A DNA stretch of 20,000 nt from Chiloscyllium plagiosum (Eukaryota), in NCBI RefSeq assembly GCF_004010195.1, contig NC_057750.1, positions 18,215,138 to 18,235,137 of the forward strand, read 5' to 3'. The translations under genes were made by a program, and so were the position numbers. How positions within the stretch are numbered: position 1 is the first letter of the stretch; each line of letters opens with the position of its first letter. This document shows positions 11,286 through 20,000 of the stretch, piece after piece. The notes under the pieces were generated by a model that saw nothing but the letters and a program-made list of their open reading frames with translations, did not search any database and was not told the DNA's origin.

Positions 11286-12103
11286 GGGGAGGAAGAAGAC
11301 AGCCCAGAAGTATATTGAGGAAGAGACTGGGGCTGGGGAAGGATAGGTGAGATGGTGATTGGTAGATGCAGGTAAGGGGTTATTGTGATTGGTCAGTGGA
11401 ATGGTTGGAGCAGATAGGTGAAGAACAAGATGGACAGGTTAGGTCAGGTCAGGGAGGTGAGGAGGAAGGGGAGGGCTGGACATGGGATAAGGCTGGGGAA
11501 GGAGGGAATTTGAAACTGGTGAAGTCAATGTTGAGGCCAGTGGGCTGTAAACTTCCCAAGGAAAATATAAGGTGTTGTTCTTCCTTTGACCTCACTCTTG
11601 ACAGTGGGAAAGTAGAAGGAGGAATTAAAATGGATGGCATCCGGAAGTCGGGTTGGAGGACACATACACAGCGCAGATGCTCTGCAAGCTGATCCCTCAG
11701 TCTGTGTTTGGTCTCCTCTAGATAAAGGGGACCACACTGGGAGCAACAGTTGGAATAGATCAGGTTGGATGAAGTGCAGGTGAATCTCTGTTGGATCTGG
11801 AAGAATTGTTTAGGGCCTCGGACAGATATGAGGGGGTGGTATGGGGCAGGTGTTGCACCTCTTACAGTTACAAGGAAAGGTACCGGATGTGGGGGAGAAG
11901 TTGATGGGGAAGGTAGAGTTGATGAGGCAGTTGCAGAGTGCATAATCCATGCAGATGGCAAACAGGTGTGGGTAAAGAAATATCTTTTTGGTGGTGACGT
12001 CTGATTGTGGGTGGCAGAAACGCCGAAGGATGACGCACTGGATTCAGAAGTTGGTGGGGATGAGAGAGAATGTGAGGACGAAGGGGACTCTATCCTTATT
12101 GTT

Positions 12104-12124
12104 GGGGGGGGGGGGGGGGGGGGG
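12104..12124 (+). repeat. Poly-G run (G21)
   Basis: Homopolymer inside the Penelope element. Confidence 0.95.
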
Positions 12125-12506
12125 TAGGGATTTAAGGAGATGGATGAGATGCGGTTAAGGGCATCTTTACTTATTGAGGTGGGGAAACTACAGTCCCTAG
12201 AAGGAGGAGAATATCTGGCATGCCCTGGCGTGGAACGTCTCATCCTAGGAGCAGATATGGCAGCGGCAGAGGAATTGAAGTACAGGACAGCATTTTACAG
12301 GAGCGTGGGTGAGAGGAAATGTAGTCAAAGTAGTTGTAGGAGTCAGTGGGTTTGCAATGGATATCTTCCCACTCACCTACCTGCTCCACCCTTCCCACTC
12401 ACCAATCACAAACTCCCTACCTGCATCCACCTATCACCATTCCGCCTACTCTTCAAGTTGGCACACCCACCCCCCTTATGCACCTCTGGGCTCCCTCCTC
12501 CTTCCC

Positions 12507-12542
12507 AGTCCTGACAATGGCTTTAGGCCCGAAACATTGACT
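12507..12542 (+). ncRNA. Degenerate minimal hammerhead motif in the inverted pLTR
   Basis: AGTC-CTGACAA-TGGCTTTAGGCCC-GAAA-CATT-GACT. Stem I (AGTC/GACT) is intact; core G8 is mutated. Confidence 0.55.
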
Positions 12543-12894
12543 TGCCTGCCCCTCGGGTGCTGTCTGACCTGTTGTGCTTTTCCAGCTTCATATCTATTGA
12601 CTTACAGTCCTTACTGTCCCCTAATAACCTGCCAACAACCATCAGAGGATCATATAGGAGAAACTGCCACTCCAATGAGGTAATGCAAAGTAGTCAACAC
12701 TGAAGACCATGCTCTAAAAGATAAGAGCTTTAGAACAGAAGGGAAAACTGGAGCAAGCAAACAAAAAACAAATTGCAGTAACATGACTAAGAACATGGAG
12801 ATGGAAAATGGCACCAACATTATTTTAGCAGTACAATGGATATCTGTACAGATTTACCCTGCAAATAAAACCAGACTGACCATCTGTCACTGAC

Positions 12895-13138
12895 CTTTTA
12901 AATTGAATGAACCCTCCATTTGCAATACATTTTCAACAGCCACAATTTTTCTCATTTCTTTTGTGACCCCTCGATTATTCATACTCTCCTGGATTCTTGC
13001 TGCACCATCCTTTATAGGAATTATTGTTTTTAGTTCCTTCTTCGGTTCTTGATCAGACACGGTACTGTGCATATTTTCGGCAGGGTAGAGGGTTTTTTTT
13101 TCACATCGTTTCCTAGGCCTTTGACTATTACCAACATC
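12895..13138 (-). CDS. Candidate internal coding exon (81 codons + 1 nt; DVGNSQRPRKRCEKK...MEGSFNLK) of an unidentified host gene
   Basis: Acceptor GCTCACTTTGTTTCCCCACAG|GAT, donor AAAG|GTCAGT, open frame throughout, non-TE, charged K/E-rich peptide. An alternative upstream acceptor TTCCAG|GC at 13218 keeps the same frame. Confidence 0.65.
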
Positions 13139-13904
13139 CTGTGGGGAAACAAAGTGAGCATTATTCACTGAGCAAGGTGAAACTGCAAGGAATGTTGCAC
13201 GCTCCATTATGAGCAAGCCTGGAACAGTGCACAGTCTTTTTCAATTCACAGCACAAATTAACTTTTCTTCACTCCATTAGTAAAATGACCAAATATACTC
13301 CTAACCCAAATTGCATTCTGAATCAGAAGATTCAACAACCAGGCTTATTTAATAAACAAAATTACTGGGTTATTATAAAAATAAGACCAATTTAGCAAAA
13401 CAGTAAAGCTGATTAACATGACAGTTTGAAATATGATAGCATAAATATTCATCCTAAGTAACCCAATACACACAATGTTTTTTAAAAAAAGGAAACTTTA
13501 GGAAAACAGCGTGTAGCCAAAATAGTTTTCAATTCCAGGACAATAAAAAGGATAAGATGAGAAACGTTCCAATTTGCTTTCAGTCTGGCATGCTTGTACA
13601 AGTAGAAACAAACACTAGACACAAGTATTTATCATTCTGAAATTTCTTTTTCTTTAGAAAATCAAGAACAGGTCTTAGCACTCACACAGGATTCACAAAT
13701 GGTTTCTCAGAAAGATGGCAAAGACTGAGCTGAGGTCTTAGTTCTTCAAATGCTACACCCCAGTCGAACTTCAAAACAATAACAAATAGCCATGCTCCTG
13801 ACAACAATAAACTCTGGTATGCGACTTCGAGAAATCCAAGCAATTAGCTCAAGGCATGTGGATTCCAGTAAATGTCTTGGAAGTGTCCTGCAAAGTCCCT
13901 TCAT

Positions 13905-14085
13905 TTGATGTGATTTATTATGGTCACATGTATTGAGATACAGTGAAAAGTATTGTTTTGCATGCTAACCAGACAAATCACACCTTACATAAGCACATCA
14001 AGGTAACAGAACAGAATGCAGAATATAGTGAAAGTGCAAAGAAAGATCAATTCTAATATGAGGGGTCTGTTCATAAAAGTCCATT
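13905..14085 (-). mobile_element. Probable LINE 3' end (Rex1/Babar-like)
   Basis: Minus strand ends ...TATCTCAATACATGTGACCATAATAAATCACATCAAA, a polyA signal plus short-repeat tail. Family assignment is from recall only. Confidence 0.4.
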
Positions 14086-14126
14086 GAACAAATTGGTATA
14101 TGTTTTCAAACTTTTGAATCTTCTTA

Positions 14127-14352
14127 GGGGGAGCACAGTGGCTCAACGGTTAGCACTGCTGCCTCACTGCGCCAGAGACCCGGGTTCGATTCCAGGTGAT
14201 TGTCTGTGCGGAGTTTGCACATTTTCCCAGTGGCTGCATAGGTTTCCTCCAGGTGCTCCAGGTTCCTCCCAGAATCCAAAGATGTGCAGATTAGGTGAAT
14301 TGACTCGGCTAAGTTGCCCATAGTATTCAGGGATGTGTAGGTTAAGTGCATT
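14127..14352 (+). mobile_element. tRNA-derived SINE (HE1/V-SINE-like), 3'-truncated
   Basis: A box TGGCTCAACGG (14139-14149), B box GGTTCGATTCC (14183-14193), V-domain-like core GTCTGTGCGGAGTTTGCAC...CCAAAGATGTGC. Homologous to 19317-19598. Confidence 0.9.
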
Positions 14353-14356
14353 CTAT

Positions 14357-14455
14357 GTACCTGCTCAGAAATATTACAGCACACCTCTGGAGCAGGTGGA
14401 ATTTTGATCCAGGACTTCTGTAGCTTGGAAGAATGGTCTCTACCACTATGCTACA
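14357..14455 (-). mobile_element. Short degenerate tRNA-derived SINE fragment
   Basis: Minus strand has A-box-like TAGCATAGTGG followed by a degenerate B box GGATCAAAATTCC. Confidence 0.45.
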
Positions 14456-15043
14456 TCAGTCCTCCCAACACCCATTCTAGAATGGGTGAATACAGCATCA
14501 CATCTGTGGCCAAAACATTCCAGCCAACATTTCTAAGACTCGTAAGAAAGTGAAGAATCCAGCTGCAGAGGAGGGGACCAGAGCTCTAGGTCGCTGTGTT
14601 TGGAGATAGTTTCGTTTGAATTACGGTGTTAAAGGCAAAGCTAAAGTCAATGCTTAGAAATCTGGCATAGGTGTCCTTGTTATCCAGATGTTCCAGTGAC
14701 AAATGTAGGGCCAGGGAGATGGCTTCTTCCATGGACCTGCAGTAACGATCGGCAAATTGTAGCGGATCAGGGCAGTTTGGGAGGCTGGATTTGATGTGTG
14801 CCATTACTAATGTCTTGAAGGACTTCATAATGATGGATGTCAGAGCCACCAAGCAGTAGTCAGTAAGGCTTGTTGCTTGAGTTTCCTTTGGCACCAGGTG
14901 GGAACCTCATATCATAGTCAAAGAGAGATTAAATATGTCTGCAAATACACCTGATAGCTCGTCCACAAAGGATACGAGTACACAGCTGAGGACTCCACTT
15001 GGCTAGTTGCTTTCCATGGGTTTACTCTCAAGGTGGAGATAGT

Positions 15044-15143
15044 TAAAACTCATACAACACCAGGTTATAGTCCAACAGGTTGAATTGGAAGCACTAGTTT
15101 TCAGAGTGCCGCTCCTTCATCAGGTGATTGTGGCATCTCCAAA
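15044..15143 (-). mobile_element. 100-bp second-family Penelope pLTR fragment flanked by 16-bp direct repeats
   Basis: TCAAGGTGGAGATAGT at 15028-15043 and 15144-15159. The insert carries a hammerhead motif. Confidence 0.75.
15092..15126 (-). ncRNA. Minimal hammerhead ribozyme motif (near-intact)
   Basis: Minus strand reads CAC-CTGATGA-A-GGAG(CGGCA)CTCT-GAAA-ACTA-GTG, giving stem I CAC/GTG, stem II, both cores and a CUA cleavage triplet. Confidence 0.65.
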
Positions 15144-15149
15144 TCAAGG

Positions 15150-15425
15150 TGGAGATAGTGAGGACTGCAGATGCTGGAGAGTCAGAGTCGATAAAGTGTG
15201 GAGCTGGAAAAGGCACAGCAGGTCAGGCAGCATCCAAGAAGCAAGACAGTTGACATTTTGTGCATGACCCTTCATTAGGACTGGGGAGGGGGAAGGGTGC
15301 TGAGAAATAAATTGTGGGGGCTAGCAGAAAGGTAGTTGGGATGGCAATAGGTAGGCAAAGGTTGGTGGTGGTGGTGATAGGTCAGTAGAAAGGAAGATGG
15401 TCAGGTTAAGAGAGCAGTGCCAATT
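15150..15425 (-). mobile_element. Solo Penelope pLTR (same family as 11193-11432)
   Basis: GCTGGAAAAGGCACAGCAGGTCAGGCAGCATCC...CCCTTCATTAGGACTGGGGAGG aligns with ~11205-11300. Contains a decayed hammerhead at 15248-15282. Confidence 0.8.
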
Positions 15426-15559
15426 TGGCTTCACAGCTTGTTACATCTTGTAAGCCTTGCCATAGTCCACATATGTTTGTGTGGTTAGTCTGGGACTCTA
15501 GTTTAGTTTGGTATTGTCTCTTGGCATCCCTGATGGCTTTGTGAAGATGCTTGGCGTTC

Positions 15560-15833
15560 CTATTTCTTCTCAAGAAAATAAGTTTGAGAGGTGATTTAAC
15601 AAAAGGTCTTCAAAATTCTAACCGGCTTTGTCAAATAGATATAGAATGTCTCCGCTTATGGAGAAGTGTGTAACTAGAGACCATTGATGTAAGCCAGTCC
15701 CCAAAACGTCCAACAGGGATTTTGGGAGAACTATTTTGTAGAGAGTGATGAGAATTTGGAGCTCGCTACTACAGAGGTGACTGAAGTGAATAGGTTAAAA
15801 TGAATAGCATTGATGCATTTAGGGAGAAATTAG
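15560..15833 (+). mobile_element. Old CR1 3' fragment
   Basis: Degenerate LFLLKKISLRGDL...VFKIL and RVMRIWSSL segments like the CR1 C-terminus. Confidence 0.6.
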
Positions 15834-16349
15834 TACCATTCAGAATAACTACCCTGTCTTGAAGCCAGTGAGTAGTCAATTCTGCCATTTGTTCCCCTGA
15901 CTCAACACTCCCTAACATCACTTATTGGTCTAATGTGTGGTACCTCAGAGGCTTTCCAAAAAACCTTTATGAAAAATAGAAATTAAACATACAATACCAT
16001 CCTTTATTCTGATACCTGTTCAAAAAAATTGGACAATTAAAACTTTTTGTTTTTGAAATCCATGTTGGCTATTGTTAGACTTTACATTTGAACATGTTTA
16101 TATGTTCTCCCTTTTCGTACCAATTCCATTAATTTAGTCTTTAAAAATTTTCTGAACAATTAAGTATTAATGAAGGTGATCAGAGGACTAAAAGACAAAT
16201 AAAAATGTACACCTACCTGAAGATGATGATATTAAGGCAAGTAACTAAGAGGTCTTGTGAGTGCACAAGAGTCGAAGGAATGAATTCATGAGATCAAAGC
16301 CCAGAGGGGTAAGGACTAACTCTCTCCCCCACAAAACCCGCATCTCTTA

Positions 16350-19010
16350 GTAATTGACACGTCCACCGCACATCCTGTTCTGTTGCCTCTCCAAAGCATC
16401 CACTTCCTTCTGGTAGTTTGGTGACCAGAATTGTACGCAATATTCCAAGTGTGGCCTAACTAAAGTTCTAGAAAACTGCAGCATAACTTATCTATCCTTA
16501 TACACAATGCTCCTTCCAATGAACACAAGCAAGCCATAGGCCTTTTTTACTACCTTATCTACCTGCGCTGCCACCTTCAGTAATCTGTGGATCTGCACAC
16601 CCTGATTTCTCAGCATATCAATACTCCTAAGGGTTCTGTCATTCACTGTATAATTTCCACCTGTACTTGACCTTCCAAAATGTATCACCTCTCATTTGTT
16701 CGGATTAAACTCCACCTGCCATTTTTCTGCCTATGCCTCCAACTGATCCTCCTTACTATCCGCAACGCCATCAATCTTTGTATCGTCTGCAAACTTAATT
16801 AGACCAGTCACATTCCTCCAAATCATTTATGTAGACCACGAACAGCAGAGTTCCCAGCACTGATCCCTGTGGAACATTATTAGTCAAAACCCTCCATTCT
16901 GAAAAGCATCCTTCCACCGCTGCCCCCATCTCCTACGACAAAGCCAGTTATGTATCCATCTTGCCAGCTCCCCCTGATGTCATGCAACTCCACCGTTTGT
17001 ACCAGACTGCCATGCAGGACCTCGTCAAAGGTTTTACTAAAGCCCATGCAGACATCAATGACTTTTCTCTCAAATCATTTTCATCACCTTCCCAGCACTA
17101 AACCATGCTGTCGAAAGCTAATATTGCCATTTGCTTCTAAATGCGTATAGATCTTGTTCGTGAGAATCTTTTCCAATAGTTACCCTACTACCGATGAGAG
17201 ACTCATAGACTTGGAGTATCCCTGCTACTCTTCTTAAACAATGGGACAACACTGGCTATTCTCTAGTCCTCTGTGACCGCACCTATGGCAAGAGAATACA
17301 AATATGTCTGTCAACACTCGCCTCCCTCGATATTCTGGGATAGTTCCCATCAGGACCCAACTACCTTCATACTTTTTAAAGCACACAACTCTTCCTTTTC
17401 AGTAGCAACGGCTTACAAATTCGACACTCCCTTCCCGGAGATCATCCTCCACCAATTCCTTCTCTTTGGTGAATATCGTCACAAAGTATTTGTTTAGGAC
17501 CTCACCTAACTCTTCTGGCTGCACACATAGACTCCCTTCTTTGTCAACGAGTGGGCCACCCTTTCCCTAGCTACCCTCTTGCATTTTATTTTTGTAAATA
17601 AAGCCTTGGAATTCTCCTCATTCCTGTTTGAAAGGGACTTTTCGTGACCCCTTTGAGCCCTTCTAATTCCTTCTTTAAGTTCTTTCCTACTTTCCTTATA
17701 TACTCAAAGCGCTTTGTTAGTTCCCATCCTCGGAGACCTTATGTACGCTTTCTTCTTCTTTTTATCTAAGGTCATAAAATCCCTAGTCATCCAAGGTTCA
17801 TGTAGCTTGCCATACCTATCCTTCATTCTCGCAGGAACATGCCACTCCTGAACTCTTACCAATTGCCGTTTGAAATACACCCACATGTCCAATCAAAATT
17901 CTCTAGTTCCTGCCTAATATTGGTGTGGCTCGCCTTCCTCCAATTTAGCACCATCACCCGAGAATTGCTGCTATCCCAATCCAGGAGTATCTTAAAACTC
18001 AAGGTATTATGGTCATTACTCCATCATGCTCCCCCACTGAAACTTCACTCACCTGGCCGGGCTCATTTCACAAAACCAGGTCCCTTTCCCTTTCCCTGGT
18101 TGAACTGTTTACATACTGTGTCAAGAAACCTTCCTGAATGGTCCTTACAAATCCTGCCCCATCCAAGCCCCTAGCACAAAGTGAGTCCCAGTCAATACAG
18201 GGGAACTTAAAATCACCCAACACAACAACCTTGCTGTTTTTACATCTTTCCAAAATCTGTCCACATATTCCCTCCTCAATCTCCTGCTGGCTGTTGGGAA
18301 GCCTGTAGCACACTCCCAGCATTGAGATTTCACCTTTCCTATTCCTGAGTTCTACCCATATTGCCTCGCTGAACAAGTCCCTCTCAGGACAGCTGTGAGC
18401 CACTCCTTTACCAGTAATGCAACTCCCTTACCCTTTTCACATCCTCTATCACATCTGAGACATCTAAATCCTAGGACATTTAGCTGCCAGTCCTGTCCCT
18501 CTTTCAGCTAAATCTCTGTAATTAGAATAGTATCATAGTTCCAAATACTAACCAAAGCTCCAGGTTCATCTACTTTGCCTATTACAATTCTTGCATTGAA
18601 ACAAATGCATTTCAGACCACTTCCCCTGTTCTTTCCAGCAGCATTTCCCTGACTATTCATGCTCTTAGTCATGTTTGCCTTGGTTTCTACCTCTCCCTCA
18701 ATTTCTGCATCTACTGCCCTACTCCTCTGGTTGCTATCTCCCTGCCACACTAGTTTAAACCCTACCCAACCACTCTAATAAATACCTCACCAAAGATATC
18801 AGTCTTGGTTCTCCCCAGGTGTAACCCATCCAATTTGTACGGGTCCCACCTCCCTCAGAACTGAACCCAATGCCCCACGAGTCTGAAACCGTCCCCCTCA
18901 CACCATCTTTTCTGCCACATATTCATCCTATATATCCTGCTGTTTCTACTCTGACTAGCTCGTTGCATTGGTATTAATCCTGAGATAACTGTCTTTGAGG
19001 TCCTACATTT
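16350..19010 (-). mobile_element. Long decayed CR1 LINE: ORF1 SGNH C-terminus, ORF2 endonuclease and RT; lacks 3' end
   Basis: ORF1 VISGLIP...YKLDGLHL ending GLN* near 18750. Then LKCICFNARIV, EAIWVEL...GVCYRLPNS...VLGDFKFPCIDW, EPWMTRD, RT remnants and HFGRSS...KKAYGLL. Confidence 0.92.
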
Positions 19011-19014
19011 CACA

Positions 19015-19225
19015 GCAGCCAACAGTGGGACAAAAAGAGTCGGGGGATATGTAGCCTTAGGGCAGAAGGAATGTCGATCTCAAAGTCATAATGTTGCAGA
19101 ACGTTATGGAGATACAGAGGTGGAGGCCACAGACAGACAGAACAAATGAGAGTTTTAAACAGCAGGTGGGCATTCGTGGACTGAAAACAAACATAGGTCA
19201 ATGATCATAGGGAAGATGGGCCAAG
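19015..19225 (-). mobile_element. Old L2-like fragment
   Basis: Minus frame LFKTLICSVCLWPPPLYLHNVLQHY loosely resembles the L2 C-terminal segment and the 2880-3060 region. Confidence 0.4.
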
Positions 19226-19316
19226 TAATTTCTATCCAACTTCCCTTCCTGATTCTCACTTCAGGTCTGTCCTTCTCTCAAAAATGGAAGAGACGTCACC
19301 AATGTCCTGTACAACA

Positions 19317-19598
19317 GGGTGGCACGGTAGCTCAGTGGTCAGCATTGCTGCCTCACAGAGCCAGGGACCCAGGTTCGATTCCAGCCTCGGTGACTGTCTG
19401 TGTGGAGTTTGCAGATTCTCCCTTGTCTGCGTGGGTTTCCTCCGGATGCTTTGGTTTCCTCCCACAGTCCAAAGACGTGCAGGTTATGTGAATTGGCTAT
19501 TCTAAATTGCCTATAGTGTTAGGTGCTTTAGTCAGAGGGAAATTGGTCTGGGTGGGTTTCTCTTCGGAGGGGTGGTGTGGACTTGTTGGGCAGAAGGT
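19317..19598 (+). mobile_element. tRNA-derived SINE (HE1/V-SINE-like)
   Basis: A box TAGCTCAGTGG (19328-19338), B box GGTTCGATTCC (19372-19382), V-domain-like core, and a CR1-like 3' part GGACTTGTTGGGCAGAAGG. Confidence 0.92.
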
Positions 19599-19725
19599 AG
19601 CCAGGAAGGATTTGAAGAGAGAACTAAGAGCAGCAAGGAGGGGACATGAAAAGTCCTTAGTTGGTAGGATTAGGGAAAACCCTAAGGCTTTCTATAGGTA
19701 TGTCAGGAATAAAAGAATGACTAGG
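19597..19725 (+). mobile_element. Internal CR1 ORF2 fragment (~130 bp)
   Basis: VARKDLKRELRAARRGHEKSLVGRIRENPKAFYRYVRNKRMT, homologous to ~10637-10765 on the minus strand. Confidence 0.9.
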
Positions 19726-20000
19726 AGCCTTCCATATCCATCAAAATTTTACCTGCACATCCACTAATATCATTTATTGTATCCGTTGCTCCCGATGCGG
19801 TCTCCTCTACATTGGGGAGACTGGGCGCCTCCAAGCAGAGCGCTTTAGGGAACATCTCCGAGACACACGCACCAATCAACCAAACCGCCCCGTGGCCCAA
19901 GATTTAAACTCCCCCTCCCACTCTGCCGAGGACATGGAGGTCCTGGGCCTCCTTCACAGCCGCTCCCTCACCACCAGACGCCTGGAGAAAGAACGCCTCA
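19724..20000 (+). mobile_element. Young Penelope-like element GIY-YIG endonuclease fragment (runs off window)
   Basis: Stop-free 92 codons: GAFHIHQNFTCTSTNIIYCIRCSRCGLLYIGETGRLQAERFREHLRD...FNSPSH-like...RRLEKERL. CpG-rich. Absent from the ORF track. Confidence 0.92.

Larger units (their letters stand above)
11193..12602 (-). mobile_element. 5'-truncated Penelope-like element (GIY-YIG remnant) with inverted pseudo-LTRs
   Basis: Minus frame RFTCTSSNLIYSNCCSQCGPLYLEETKHRLRDQLAEHLR...EEQHLIFSLGSLQPTGLNIDF is a GIY-YIG endonuclease remnant. 11193-11432 and 12361-12602 are inverted homologues. Confidence 0.9.
14555..15550 (-). mobile_element. Rex1/Babar-type LINE RT fragment interrupted by Penelope pLTRs at ~15033-15425
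   Basis: [19 protein letters not shown]...DPLQFA...[17 protein letters not shown] near 15005-15030; LHKAIRDAKRQYQTKLES at ~15495-15548. Confidence 0.85.

Noticed and set aside
12104..12124. G21 as a functional G-quadruplex
   Set aside because: A homopolymer expansion inside a decayed TE; its length is also unreliable in assemblies.
14127..14200. tRNA gene (also 19317-19390)
   Set aside because: A/B boxes are followed by SINE core sequence and there is no complete cloverleaf; these are SINE heads.
16217..16244. Possible 28-nt minus-strand micro-exon (TAG|...CAG|GTAGGT)
   Set aside because: Good donor but poor acceptor, too short to assess, and no other support.
160..19010. RT plus nuclease plus structured RNA as a novel retron/CRISPR/defence-like system
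   Set aside because: All RT, endonuclease and esterase segments are frameshifted members of known eukaryotic retrotransposon clades. There is no operon structure or repeat-spacer array.

Overview
Eukaryotic, repeat-dense vertebrate DNA. The mix of repeat families (CR1 LINEs with SGNH-esterase ORF1, L2, Rex1/Babar, Penelope-like GIY-YIG elements, HE1/V-SINE-like tRNA SINEs) points to a cartilaginous fish (shark); this is an inference from recalled family features. Most of the window is decayed, nested retrotransposon fragments, plus a 357-nt assembly gap. Most ORFs in the track are TE remnants or antisense shadows. Two phase-compatible candidate exons of an unidentified minus-strand host gene were found by reading splice signals: 13138-12895, and a terminal exon 4893-4784 with a downstream AATAAA. 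The most interesting hidden structure is a set of four degenerate minimal hammerhead-ribozyme motifs in Penelope pseudo-LTRs, three of them sense to the putative host pre-mRNA. I see no convincing evidence of a wholly new biological system.
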